Of a DNA stretch of 64,000 nucleotides, positions 38,401 to 48,298 are shown piece by piece. Position 1 is the stretch's first letter. Every line of letters starts with the position of its first letter. The stretch is taken from positions 1-64,000 of the IMG/VR virus record IMGVR_UViG_3300031998_000051, one strand, 5' to 3'. The notes below the pieces were generated by a model, which was given only the letters and a program-made list of their open reading frames with translations, searched no databases and had not been told where the DNA came from. Both the position numbers and the translations under genes were made by a program. Source of the DNA: a virus (taxonomy: Duplodnaviria > Caudoviricetes).

Positions 38401-38637
38401 ATGGCAAAGACCTATGACGCCGTCGAAGCGGCGAAGGCGCAGGAGCATCACTGCAATGAGCGCAAGGTTCCGTTCTTTGCGCCGCGCAACGGCTGGTGCT
38501 GCTACTGCGGCAGGAACATCTTCGAGCCGTATACCTACCGCCGGGAACCAATCCTGACCACAGGCATCAGCGTAGAAGAAGCCGGATCCCGCATCATTAC
38601 CAGTTGCCCGCACTGCAACCATACCTTCACAGATTGA
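38401..38637 (+). CDS. Small zinc-binding protein
   Basis: CCYCGRN...CPHC; RBS AAGGAG. Confidence 0.65.
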   Translation: MAKTYDAVEAAKAQEHHCNERKVPFFAPRNGWCCYCGRNIFEPYTYRREPILTTGISVEEAGSRIITSCPHCNHTFTD

Positions 38638-38647
38638 GGATATCACA

Positions 38648-39253
38648 ATGATCTGGAACGAAGCGCCACAGGTGGGCTTCAATGAGAAGCGCCACCAGTA
38701 CACCAAAGATGGATTGATTCTTCCGAGCGTGACGCAGATCATGAAGCCGCTGACGCTTTCCGTTTACGATGGAACGCCCAGGCAGGCCATGAGCGATGCG
38801 GCAGACCGAGGAACGAAAGTCCATGCGGCAATCAGCGACCATGTGCTCTACGACATTCTGAAATATGATGATGAGATGGAGCTTTACGTTCGCGCATTCC
38901 TGGACTTCGAGAATCATTTCAAGCCCACATGGTTGGCGAGCGAGTGCAGGATACACCACAAGAATCTGGACTATGCCGGAACGATTGACCTGATCGGCTA
39001 TGTAGAGCCGGATAACGGCAACGGCGTTGATGTGGTGGATCTGAAATGTACCGCACAAAACCACAAGATTCTGTTAGACACCCAGTTGGGAGCCTATGCG
39101 GAGGCCCTGAAAAGCCATGATGTGAAGATTCGGAATTGCTATGGTCTACAGCTTTTGAAAACCGGCAAATATCGCTTCACCAAACAGGATCCAGTAAACG
39201 GCTTTATGCTGTTTCTGCATTGCAGAGGACTTTACAACGCACTAAGGAGGTAG
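38648..39253 (+). CDS. PD-(D/E)XK nuclease-like protein
   Basis: PSVTQI, RGTKVH, YAGTIDLI, VVDLKCT, QLGAY. Confidence 0.8.
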   Translation: MIWNEAPQVGFNEKRHQYTKDGLILPSVTQIMKPLTLSVYDGTPRQAMSDAADRGTKVHAAISDHVLYDILKYDDEMELYVRAFLDFENHFKPTWLASECRIHHKNLDYAGTIDLIGYVEPDNGNGVDVVDLKCTAQNHKILLDTQLGAYAEALKSHDVKIRNCYGLQLLKTGKYRFTKQDPVNGFMLFLHCRGLYNALRR

Positions 39254-39258
39254 AGAAA

Positions 39259-39948
39259 ATGAGCGAATTGGCTGTAGTCAGCACGGACGCCAGCATCGAA
39301 GAGAAGTTGGAACAGTCCGGCGCGATGGCCATCAAGACCGCGAACGCCCTGGTCATTGACAACCAGGAATCTTATGAGGAAGGTGCCAAGTATCTGCGCG
39401 TGATCAAGGAACGCATCAAGCAGATCGGTGAATACTGGGCGGAGCCCAAGAAAGCCGCGCATCAGGCGCACCAGAACATCGTAGCCAAGGAAAAGGCCAT
39501 GCTGGAACCCATGCAGAAGTCCGACAAGATCATCAACGAGAAGATGCGGGCTTATATGCGGGAACAGGAAGAGAAGCGCCGCAAGGCCGAAGCGGAAGCC
39601 AGGCGCAAGGCCGAGGAAGAAGCCAGACGCCTGCTGGATGAAGCCATCAAGGCCGAGGAGAATGGCGACGCACAGACAGCTGCCACCAATATGGCAATGG
39701 CAACGATGATCTCCGAGACGCCCATTGCGCCGGTTGTGGAAACGCCGAAGGCGCAGGGCATCAACACTCGCAAGGTCTGGAAAGCCGAGGTCATGGATCC
39801 GGCAATCGTTCCGGCCTATTACAACGGGATGGAGATCCGCGAAATCAATCAGTCGCAGCTGAACAAGATCGCCAGCTTGACGAAGGGCAGCGCGAGCATT
39901 CCTGGAGTGCGCTTCTTCGAGGATACCATTCTCGCAGTCAGGAGATGA
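39259..39948 (+). CDS. Coiled-coil protein of the recombination module
   Basis: RBS AAGGAGG; helical core; C-terminal IPGVRFF. Confidence 0.65.
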   Translation: MSELAVVSTDASIEEKLEQSGAMAIKTANALVIDNQESYEEGAKYLRVIKERIKQIGEYWAEPKKAAHQAHQNIVAKEKAMLEPMQKSDKIINEKMRAYMREQEEKRRKAEAEARRKAEEEARRLLDEAIKAEENGDAQTAATNMAMATMISETPIAPVVETPKAQGINTRKVWKAEVMDPAIVPAYYNGMEIREINQSQLNKIASLTKGSASIPGVRFFEDTILAVRR

Positions 39949-40322
39949 GCGCCATGGTAAATGTGATCTGCGATTACTGCGGCAAGCCTGCCGAGCTGGT
40001 AGACAGCATCATGGTTTACCAGCACGACCACGGCAAGATCTGGTACTGCAAAGAGTGCCATGCGTGGGTAGGCGTTCACAGAGGCACGGAAAAGCCGTTC
40101 GGACGGCTTGCCAATGCTGAGCTTCGGCAGTGGAAGCGCAAGGCGCACCGCGCATTTGATCCCATCTGGCGCAACAAGGAAAGCACTACCCGCCGCGCCG
40201 CTTATGAGTGGCTGGCCGAGGAGATGGGATTGCCTGTCGAACAGGCCCACATCGGCATGATGGACATCGACCAGTGCAAAGAGGTCATCAGGATCTGCAA
40301 GGAGGCAATGAATAGGAAATGA
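39945..40322 (+). CDS. DUF3268-like zinc-finger protein
   Basis: CDYCG, CKECHAWVGVH.GT..PFGRLANAELRQWKRKAHRAFD. Confidence 0.8.
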   Translation: MSAMVNVICDYCGKPAELVDSIMVYQHDHGKIWYCKECHAWVGVHRGTEKPFGRLANAELRQWKRKAHRAFDPIWRNKESTTRRAAYEWLAEEMGLPVEQAHIGMMDIDQCKEVIRICKEAMNRK

Positions 40323-40573
40323 ACAAGGATTCGTACAAGACCAAGAATTCGTATAAGCCCAAGCCCAAGCGCGACAAGCACAAGGATGATCTGAAGGCCG
40401 CAATGCTGGTCAAGATGTCCGTGGAGCAGACCATCAGCGTGCCCATCGACGTTTACGACGGCCTAATCGCCAACACCGCACGACTGAACGTCCTGCGGAA
40501 GGTTCTGGAACGCGCCGATGAATCCTACCAGACCAAGGCCATCATGAAGGCCATCCTGTTGCCGGAAGACTGA
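40319..40573 (+). CDS. Hypothetical protein
   Basis: 84 aa coupled ORF. Confidence 0.55.
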   Translation: MNKDSYKTKNSYKPKPKRDKHKDDLKAAMLVKMSVEQTISVPIDVYDGLIANTARLNVLRKVLERADESYQTKAIMKAILLPED

Positions 40574-40582
40574 CGCTTCCAA

Positions 40583-40819
40583 AGTTGGCATGACCGTGGA
40601 CGGGTGCCAGCTCACTACCAACCGCATGACTGTGATCAGATGCAGGTTGTCGACTTGATCGGTATGACCGTGGACGGGTACCGATTGCCAGGTAAACAGC
40701 ATGGCCGTGGACGGGTGCTGCTGGCGCGTTTCAACCGCTGTTCACAAATGGCTGCTGACCGTGGACGGAGTAGTCGTGAACCGCAAATCCATCGCCGTTG
40801 ACTGTGATCAGAACGGCGA
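40583..40819 (+). ncRNA. Array of six hairpins with variable stems and conserved 14-nt apical motifs
   Basis: TGACCGTGGACGGG-type at 40591, 40665, 40702, 40756 and TGACTGTGATCAGA at 40627, 40799, each closed by complementary flanks. Confidence 0.65.
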
Positions 40820-40921
40820 GAAACCGACCGGGAATCATTAAGGCAAGCATCGACCGACGGAGCCGCAAAAGCTCAAATTTGCAAGTTTCAAATCCAAAAC
40901 TTGCAAAAATCGGCCACAAAA

Positions 40922-41111
40922 TTTTTCACAACCGCTGGTATATATAGGTTGTGAATGCGAATTGAAGAATGAAGGATTTTTGCAACTGCAATTCACAAGT
41001 GATGGTTACCACCACACAGGGTAAGGGCTTAAATGCCCGCCCTTACCTGTGAAGTGGAAACCAGTAACCCGCGACGCCTGAGAATGGCGGTCATGAGCAG
41101 GTTGTGAATGG
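40922..41111. repeat. Second copy of the TCACAACC/TATATATA/hairpin element (ori-like)
   Basis: 40922-40962 versus 2536-2578; hairpin 41015-41051; paired GGTTGTGAA at 41100-41119. Confidence 0.8.
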
Positions 41112-41147
41112 GTTGTGAAAAACAGAACGAGAAAAGGAGGTACCCGA

Positions 41148-42164
41148 ATGGGATTGAAGATCAGTTCCGGCAAAATCCCACGCGCTCAAAAGGTTGTGCT
41201 GTACGGCGTTGAAGGCATCGGCAAAACAACTCTTGCGGCAAAGATGCCGGATCCGCTGTTTATCGACACCGAGGGCGGCACCGCCCACATGGATGTCAAG
41301 CGCATCGACGGAATCGGCTCATGGGAGCAGCTGATCGCAACAGTGGAGGAAGTCGCCGAAACACCCGGCGTTTGCAAAACGCTGGTGATTGACACCGCCG
41401 ACTGGGCCGAGAAGGTTTGCATCGAATACCTTTTCGAAAAGAACAGCTGGACGAGCATTGAAACGCCCGGTTATGGCAAAGGCTACGTTGCGATTCGGGA
41501 GGAATTCATAAGGCTCCTGGACGCCTGTGACAAAGTCATCGCCGCAGGAATCAACGTGGTGATTACCGCCCATGCGAAGGTGAACAAAGTCGAACTTCCG
41601 GATGAGATGACGGCATATGACCGCTGGGAACTCAAACTCACCAAGCAGACTGCGCCGCTATTGAAAGAATGGCCGGATGCGCTGCTGTTCGCCAACTACA
41701 AAACGCTGGTTGTGACTACTGGCGACGGTCCGAACAAGACAGGCAAGGGCACCGGCGGCAAGCGCGTCATCTATACGACACACAAACCCGCATACGACGC
41801 CAAGAACCGTCACGGCCTGCCGGATGAAGTGGAGATGCGGTATTCCAATATCAAATCCATCTTCAACGATAATCCCGTGGTGATGGAATTACCGAAGAAG
41901 GAACCCAGCACACCTGCGCAGACCGTGGAGCCGCCCGCCGAGCCTATCAAGGAAGAAACGCTCGAAACCATCAACCAGATGATGAACGATGCTGGCGTCA
42001 GCGCCGAGGAAGTCCAGAGCGTAGTGGCAAAGAAGAGCGGCAAATTTGCTGCCGAGACGCCCATCTCTGAGTATTCCGAGAAGTTCGCCCAGAACTGGCT
42101 GATCAAGAACTGGCAGCGCGTGGTGAATACCATCGAGAACGACCCGAACCATGTACCTATCTGA
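41148..42164 (+). CDS. AAA_24 / Sak4-like single-strand annealing ATPase
   Basis: YGVEGIGKTT, FIDTEGG, LVIDTAD, YGKGY, AYDAKNR. Confidence 0.9.
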   Translation: MGLKISSGKIPRAQKVVLYGVEGIGKTTLAAKMPDPLFIDTEGGTAHMDVKRIDGIGSWEQLIATVEEVAETPGVCKTLVIDTADWAEKVCIEYLFEKNSWTSIETPGYGKGYVAIREEFIRLLDACDKVIAAGINVVITAHAKVNKVELPDEMTAYDRWELKLTKQTAPLLKEWPDALLFANYKTLVVTTGDGPNKTGKGTGGKRVIYTTHKPAYDAKNRHGLPDEVEMRYSNIKSIFNDNPVVMELPKKEPSTPAQTVEPPAEPIKEETLETINQMMNDAGVSAEEVQSVVAKKSGKFAAETPISEYSEKFAQNWLIKNWQRVVNTIENDPNHVPI

Positions 42165-42180
42165 AAGGAGTTGAAATTCA

Positions 42181-42651
42181 ATGGCGAACAATGAAGCTTT
42201 GCTCGACTGGGATGACGTCTTGACGGAAGACGGTCAAGAATTTAACAGCTTGCCGGAAGGCGATTATACCTTCACGGTGACCAATTTCGAGCGCTCCTGG
42301 TATAAAGGCTCTGACAAGCTGCCGCCCTGCAATCAGGCCGAGATCACCGTGGAGATCGACAACAATATCGGCTACGCCATCAGCAAATTCAAGCTGCATA
42401 TGGTGAAGCGCCTGGAATGGAAACTGTCGGCTTTCTTCCGCTGCATCGGCCAGAAGAAGCACGGCGAACAGCTGAAACCCGACTGGAGCACCGTGGTAGG
42501 TTCTCGCGGCAAGGCGCACTTCAAGCCGAGGAAAGGCACGAACACCGACAGCGACCGCACCTTCAACGAACTCGACAAGTTCTATGACTGGGATGAATCG
42601 GTCGGCATGAAGCCCGTCGGCGACGATGAGGATATGCCGTGGAATGACTGA
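42181..42651 (+). CDS. DUF669-type single-stranded DNA-binding protein
   Basis: LPEGDYTFTV, EWKLSAFFRCIG, acidic tail DDEDMPW. Confidence 0.8.
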   Translation: MANNEALLDWDDVLTEDGQEFNSLPEGDYTFTVTNFERSWYKGSDKLPPCNQAEITVEIDNNIGYAISKFKLHMVKRLEWKLSAFFRCIGQKKHGEQLKPDWSTVVGSRGKAHFKPRKGTNTDSDRTFNELDKFYDWDESVGMKPVGDDEDMPWND

Positions 42652-44044
42652 TATGCAGGTGGTTATTGACAGCGCCATCCGCGTCACGGATCCAACCGTT
42701 GAGCTTCAAGAGTGGTGCAGGGCAGAGCTCGTCCAGATCAATCCTGATTTCATCAAAAAGGAAAAAATGGGTTTCTGGACGGGCAAAACGCCCGAGAAAA
42801 TCCGCTTCTACGAAGTGCGCGGGAATACCTGGATTCTTCCATTCGGACTGATGAAGCGCCTGCGCGGATTGATTGATTTCAGGACCGTGCAAAGTGGATT
42901 CCAGCCCATTCAGTATGTGGATTACGGCGAGCCGTTGCCGCTTTACGATTACCAGCAGAAAGCAATGGATGAAACCGTCGCCGCTGGTTACGGAATCCTT
43001 CAAGCTCCTGCCGGAAGCGGAAAGACCGAAATCGGTGTTGCTATGATCAAGAAGTTCAGACGGACGGCGTTATGGCTGGCAACGACCCACGATCTGCTGA
43101 AACAGGCAAAGGAACGCGCTGAGCGGTACATGGACAAGAGCCTGATAGGGACCATCACGGGCGGCAAGGTGGACATCGGCAAGGGCGTAACCTTTGCGAC
43201 GATCCAGACCATGAGCAAGCTCAATCTGGAAGACTACAAGCATCAATGGGATTGCATAATTGTCGATGAGTGCCATCATGTGGCTGCCAGTGCGAACAGC
43301 GCCACAATGTTCTACAAAGTGCTGATGAACCTGTCAGCTCGCCACAAGTACGGATTATCGGCAACTGTGCATCGCGCTGACGGCCTGATAAAATCCACAT
43401 TCTCATTGCTTGGCAATGTGGTTTGCACCGTACCGAAGTCGGCAGTAGCCAACAAGATCATGCCGGTGGGCATCATCCAGGTGGAGACCAATGCGGAGAT
43501 GCCGGAAGACTGCATGAGGGATGACCGGGTGGATTATACCAAGCTCATCAATGCGCTATGCGAGGACGAAGAACGCAATTGCACCATCATCGATCATCTG
43601 ATCAATAACGGAGCATATTCGTGCCTGATACTTTCCGACCGTCTCACCCATCTCGAAACGCTGATGGCAGAATTGCCGGAAGATATGCGGGATAAAGCGG
43701 TGATGATCTCCGGCAAGATGGTCAGCAAGAAAGCCAAAGCAGAGCGCGACAATGCCATCGAGCAAATGCGAACCGGCGAGAAGCGTTACCTATTCGCAAG
43801 CTACAACCTGGCTAAGGAAGGTCTCGATATCCCAAGGCTTGAGCGCTTGTTTCTGACAACGCCGCAGAAGGATTTTGCGGTAGTGGTGCAGAGCGTCGGG
43901 CGTATCGCAAGAATCTTTGACGGCAAGGCCGATCCGATTGCCTATGATTTTGTAGACAACAATATCGGGATGATGATCGGAATGGCCAGGAAGCGGGCGC
44001 GAATCTACACCGAGAACAATTGCTATTTTATCGAGAAAGGATAA
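42626..44044 (+). CDS. Superfamily 2 (DEAD/ResIII-like) helicase
   Basis: LYDYQ, APAGSGKT, IVDECHH, GLSAT, EGLDIP, QSVGRIAR. Confidence 0.93.
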   Translation: MRICRGMTDMQVVIDSAIRVTDPTVELQEWCRAELVQINPDFIKKEKMGFWTGKTPEKIRFYEVRGNTWILPFGLMKRLRGLIDFRTVQSGFQPIQYVDYGEPLPLYDYQQKAMDETVAAGYGILQAPAGSGKTEIGVAMIKKFRRTALWLATTHDLLKQAKERAERYMDKSLIGTITGGKVDIGKGVTFATIQTMSKLNLEDYKHQWDCIIVDECHHVAASANSATMFYKVLMNLSARHKYGLSATVHRADGLIKSTFSLLGNVVCTVPKSAVANKIMPVGIIQVETNAEMPEDCMRDDRVDYTKLINALCEDEERNCTIIDHLINNGAYSCLILSDRLTHLETLMAELPEDMRDKAVMISGKMVSKKAKAERDNAIEQMRTGEKRYLFASYNLAKEGLDIPRLERLFLTTPQKDFAVVVQSVGRIARIFDGKADPIAYDFVDNNIGMMIGMARKRARIYTENNCYFIEKG

Positions 44045-44053
44045 ACAAATGGC

Positions 44054-46096
44054 ATGGATAGCGTCACAGAGAGAAGGGTCTTAGCAGCGCTTGAAGCCAT
44101 CCCTGTTGCGGATCTTACGCGGGATGATTGGATCGCTGTTGGTATGGCTTTGAAGGATGAGGGATTCTCTGTTGGCGTCTGGGATGATTGGAGCCGGAAT
44201 GACCGCCGATATCACCAGGGCGAATGCCAGAAAAAATGGGATGGCTTCAAGGGCAGCTCAAAGCCCAAGACAATAGCGACTGTTTTCCAGATGGCGAAGG
44301 AACGCGGCTGGACAGAATTCGACGGCAATGCAGCGATTGGATGGGATGATGCCATTGAATACGATGGTGATGAATCGGGATTACCGAGTACAGCACCAAA
44401 GAAAAACTGGGATCCCGTTCAAGACCTGATTACTTACCTGGAAACGCTTTTCAAGCCGGATGAGAAGGTCGCTTACATCACGAATGAAGTCTGGAAGAAC
44501 GATGATGGCAAATGGGTACCGAGCGGAAAGGGCGTTTATAATCGGACAGTCGGAGAGCTGATCCAATCGCTTAGAAAGCATCCTGATGACATCGGCGCGA
44601 CAGTTGGCGATTATAAGCCGGAAGCCGGAGCATGGATTCGCGTCAATCCCGTAGACGGTAACGGCGTCAAGAACGACAACGTCACCAGCTTCCGATATAC
44701 GCTGGTTGAATCCGATATCTTGCCGATTGCGGAACAGAATGCACTTTTCCGCAAGATGGAATTACCAATAGCGGCGATGGTTCACAGCGGTGGGAAATCG
44801 CTTCATGCGATTGTTCATATCGACGCTGGCAGCTATGAAGAATACCAGAAGCGCGTGGAATACCTCTACAGCTTCATGGAAAAGAACGGAATAGCGATTG
44901 ACAAACAGAATCGCAACCCATCACGACTGAGCCGAATGCCCGGTATCATGCGAGGTGGGAATCGGCAATACCTGGTAGCAACCAATATCGGGCGCAAGAG
45001 CTGGAACGACTGGATGGAATTCGCGGAAGGCTCATCTGATGAACTGCCTGGCATTGTTGAATTGTCCGACTTGCTTGCGGATCCGCCGCCGTTGGCACCG
45101 ACATTGATTGATGGAGTCCTCCGGCGCGGACATAAGATGCTGATCTCCGGCAGCAGTAAAGCCGGTAAATCGTTTCTGCTGATGCAATTAGCTGTAGCGA
45201 TTGCGGAAGGTCAACAATGGCTCGGCTTCCAGTGTTCGCAAGGGCGCGTGCTTTACGTCAATCTGGAAATCGATAAGGCATCATGCGCTAACCGATTCGC
45301 CGTAATCCGCAAAGAACTCAAGACCCGCAATGTCTATGAATGCAGTCACGAGAACAATCTTCTGATCTGGAATCTTCGCGGATACGCTGTGCCATTAGAT
45401 TTATTGGTGCCAAAGCTGATCCACAGAACACGGGACTTGAATCTGGACGCCATCATCATTGACCCAATCTACAAGGTCATTACGGGCGATGAGAATAACG
45501 CCAGCGATATGGGCGCGTTCTGCAACCAGTTCGACAAGATCGCCACGGAGCTGGGCGCGGCGGTGATCTACTGCCACCACCACAGCAAAGGCGCACAAGG
45601 AGCCAAACGGGCGATGGACAGGGCGTCAGGCTCCGGCGTGTTCGCCAGGGACCCGGATGCGCAGTTGGACTTGCTGGAGGTCGAATTAAGCGATGCACAG
45701 TTATTCTCCTTCGGAGGCAACAACGTCACGGCTTTTCGATTGGAAAGCTCACTACGTGAATTTCCGAACTTCAAACCAATCAACATCTGGTTTGAGTATC
45801 CGCTTCACAGAGTGGATAAAGATGGCGTTTTAAGGGACGCACCCGCACAGGGAACGCCAGCGGCAGGACGCACAAAGAACAAGCACAGCCAGACCGCAAC
45901 GGATGCACGATTGGCCTTTGACAACGCTTACGATGTTCTGAACATGGACGGCGACAGCGTTTCAGCGGACGAGATGGCGAGTTACCTTGAGCAGGATGTC
46001 AAAACGATCTACCGCAAAGCAAGAGATTACGACGGATACGTACTGGACAAAAAGCGGGTTTACCGCATAGGTGGTGAAACGAATGACGGAGATTGA
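44054..46096 (+). CDS. Primase-helicase: PriCT_2 + primase-like + AAA_25 (RecA-type) helicase
   Basis: WIAVGMALK..WDDWS; VHSGGKSLHA; SGSSKAGKS, IIIDP, HHHSKG. Confidence 0.9.
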   Translation: MDSVTERRVLAALEAIPVADLTRDDWIAVGMALKDEGFSVGVWDDWSRNDRRYHQGECQKKWDGFKGSSKPKTIATVFQMAKERGWTEFDGNAAIGWDDAIEYDGDESGLPSTAPKKNWDPVQDLITYLETLFKPDEKVAYITNEVWKNDDGKWVPSGKGVYNRTVGELIQSLRKHPDDIGATVGDYKPEAGAWIRVNPVDGNGVKNDNVTSFRYTLVESDILPIAEQNALFRKMELPIAAMVHSGGKSLHAIVHIDAGSYEEYQKRVEYLYSFMEKNGIAIDKQNRNPSRLSRMPGIMRGGNRQYLVATNIGRKSWNDWMEFAEGSSDELPGIVELSDLLADPPPLAPTLIDGVLRRGHKMLISGSSKAGKSFLLMQLAVAIAEGQQWLGFQCSQGRVLYVNLEIDKASCANRFAVIRKELKTRNVYECSHENNLLIWNLRGYAVPLDLLVPKLIHRTRDLNLDAIIIDPIYKVITGDENNASDMGAFCNQFDKIATELGAAVIYCHHHSKGAQGAKRAMDRASGSGVFARDPDAQLDLLEVELSDAQLFSFGGNNVTAFRLESSLREFPNFKPINIWFEYPLHRVDKDGVLRDAPAQGTPAAGRTKNKHSQTATDARLAFDNAYDVLNMDGDSVSADEMASYLEQDVKTIYRKARDYDGYVLDKKRVYRIGGETNDGD

Positions 46097-46325
46097 GAAG
46101 AAGATTTTCGGCGATATGTACCGATTCGCCGAATCCCACGGAATACCACCGCCGAAGAACACCAAAGCCTGTGACGCTTACTGGAAAAAGATGCACGATG
46201 ACGCCATCGAGCTGATCGGCGCGAAGTACAGCAACTATCCATTGGCGGTGCAGATGATGGTGGCGATTATCGAATACCGGGAAGAACAGCAGCATGCTGT
46301 GAACAGAAAGAGAGGTTTGGAGTAA
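46083..46325 (+). CDS. Hypothetical protein
   Basis: MTEIEKKIFGDMYRF; coupled to the primase gene. Confidence 0.55.
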   Translation: MTEIEKKIFGDMYRFAESHGIPPPKNTKACDAYWKKMHDDAIELIGAKYSNYPLAVQMMVAIIEYREEQQHAVNRKRGLE

Positions 46326-46580
46326 TGGATAAGACCATGATTGCGTGGAAGAAGCACCTGAGCCGTCAGAGCGCAAAGCGCAAGGCCGCGAACAAGGCGG
46401 CGAAGATGTCCCGCAAAGCACAGCGCAAGTGAGGTGACGGGCGATGTTGAAATGGGTAGAGCCATTCATGTGGGCTTACATCAGGGTGATTGCATTCTGG
46501 CTTCAGCTGGTGGGCTGCATTGGATTGATTGGATTTATGGTTGTCGGATTAGACAACGCAATGAATAAGCTGGTGGAGGA

Positions 46581-47015
46581 ATGATAATGGAACAAGGAAT
46601 CATCATTCAGTTTCGTGACAGCGACAAGGTGAGTATCTACAATCCCTGCTTCGATGTGACGCGCAACGAACTGGACATTGCGCTGAAGTCGGCGGTATCG
46701 GAGATGATCGACAAGGATCTTACCAATTCCTCGGTGACGCTCAAACTGGACATTTGCGCCACTACCGAGGCGGTCGCTGATCGAAACGCACAGTCGGGAT
46801 GCCGCGAGGCAAAGAACATCGAGATCGGCGCGAAGGTCGGCTATACGCTTCAGTTCAAGAGCGAAGCCAAGTTCGACGTTGTCAGCGCGAAGCATGGCAA
46901 AGAACTGGTGATGGACAGCCAGGGCGAGTATTCCATGGTTTCGCACGAAGAAGCATCCGGGCAGCTTTCTATGTTCAATTCGTGGAACGAGTACAAGGCT
47001 GCCATGGAGCAGTAG
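46581..47015 (+). CDS. Hypothetical protein
   Basis: 144 aa with RBS GGAGG; C-terminal QLSMF. Confidence 0.65.
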   Translation: MIMEQGIIIQFRDSDKVSIYNPCFDVTRNELDIALKSAVSEMIDKDLTNSSVTLKLDICATTEAVADRNAQSGCREAKNIEIGAKVGYTLQFKSEAKFDVVSAKHGKELVMDSQGEYSMVSHEEASGQLSMFNSWNEYKAAMEQ

Positions 47016-47071
47016 AGACACTCAAACAGCCAACAGGCTGACGGGATAGAGAGATTAAGGAGGATTTTGAA

Positions 47072-47806
47072 ATGGCTACCACCGCAAAGAAGAACACGGA
47101 TTCTCAGGAAATCATCATCAAGCCGGTTAAGATTCAGAAGGCCGACATCACCATCGTCGGCGACACGCCGCTGATCGTTCATGCCTGGTCGGAAAAGGCC
47201 AAGCGCGAGATGCTGGAAGCACAGCAGAAGTTGAAGAAAGACAAGAAGGCAAAGGAGATCAGGCTCCCGGCAAATGAGTTTGTGAGCGCGGCCTACTGGT
47301 TGACGCCTATGCCGGAGCTTGGAACCGATCCCAGCGGCAAGGACACGCTTGCCAACTTTGAAAAGGCCATCGCAGCGGGCGCGAAGTTCGGCTTTCCGAT
47401 CACGGCCATCAAGCAGGCGGCATTGGCGGCTTGCTACCGCGCAGGCATCATTCCCAACCAGATGGGCATGAAATGCAGCTTCTACCTCAACAGCAAGGAC
47501 GGTGTCAACCTCGGCACCGGTTCCGAGCTGGCGGTGATCCAGTCCGACAATCCGCCGGTGATGCGTGAGGATATGGTCAAAATCGGCGGCGTGTCCAAGA
47601 CGGCTGATTTGCGTTACCGCCCTATGTTCACCGATTGGAAAATCGATTTGACGGTCAGCCTGATTGATGTCGGCGTGTTCACGATGGAGTCGATCATCAA
47701 TGCGATCAACCTTTCGGGTTACATGGGCGGCATCGGCGAATGGCGCATGGAGCGCGATGGTGACTTCGGCCACTACCATGTGGAGATTGATGGAGAGAGG
47801 GTGTAA
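47072..47806 (+). CDS. Stand-alone Cas7/RAMP-like RNA-binding protein (candidate effector of the adjacent array)
   Basis: RAMP-like motifs in order: beta1 ITIVGDTPLIVH, FPITAIKQAAL (P..S.KG..R equivalent), C-terminal glycine loop GGIGEWRMERDGDFGHY; RBS AAGGAGG. Confidence 0.7.
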   Translation: MATTAKKNTDSQEIIIKPVKIQKADITIVGDTPLIVHAWSEKAKREMLEAQQKLKKDKKAKEIRLPANEFVSAAYWLTPMPELGTDPSGKDTLANFEKAIAAGAKFGFPITAIKQAALAACYRAGIIPNQMGMKCSFYLNSKDGVNLGTGSELAVIQSDNPPVMREDMVKIGGVSKTADLRYRPMFTDWKIDLTVSLIDVGVFTMESIINAINLSGYMGGIGEWRMERDGDFGHYHVEIDGERV

Positions 47807-47808
47807 TC

Positions 47809-48291
47809 TTGGCAGCGTTTGAATGCAAGTATTCGTACCGTGTGCCTGGGCTTCAAAAGGCTCCGGCAGAGGTTGCGGGCAAAGTGTTCGAGGAGCTGGC
47901 GAACAGTGAAAAAGGCTTATCGCCAAAGACGCTGGTAGATGCCAGCCGGGACGAGAATGCGCCGCTCCACGGAGAATTCGAATGGCGCGACGATGTGGCA
48001 GCAGAGAAATACCGCCTGTCTCAAGCGCAGGGCATTATCCAGAATCTGCGCATCGTGACAGTGCAGGCCGATGGTAGCGAGGCAATGGATCGTGCGTTTG
48101 TGGTTAAGCCTGGCGGCGAGAGCAATTATGTGGCGTTGCAAAGCGCATTGAGCCGTGAAGACTGGAAAGACCATCTGCTCGAAGAAGCCAGACGCGACGT
48201 CAAATGCTTCTTAGGCAAGTATCGCCGTTTGCGTGCTTTGTCTGGGATAACAAGTGCGATGGAGCAGTTTCTCCATAATGATGTCGGTTGA
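47809..48291 (+). CDS. Partner protein of the RAMP-like gene
   Basis: TTG start 2 nt after RAMP stop; LSPKTLVDASRDENAPLHGEFEWRDDVAAEKYR. Confidence 0.7.
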   Translation: MAAFECKYSYRVPGLQKAPAEVAGKVFEELANSEKGLSPKTLVDASRDENAPLHGEFEWRDDVAAEKYRLSQAQGIIQNLRIVTVQADGSEAMDRAFVVKPGGESNYVALQSALSREDWKDHLLEEARRDVKCFLGKYRRLRALSGITSAMEQFLHNDVG

Positions 48292-48298
48292 CGGTTGC

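Noticed and set aside
40583-40819. Mini-CRISPR or TIGR-type array (about 37-nt period)
   Set aside because: Intervening sequences pair with each other as stems rather than acting as free spacers, the period breaks after unit 4, and no effector gene is adjacent; kept as a hairpin array
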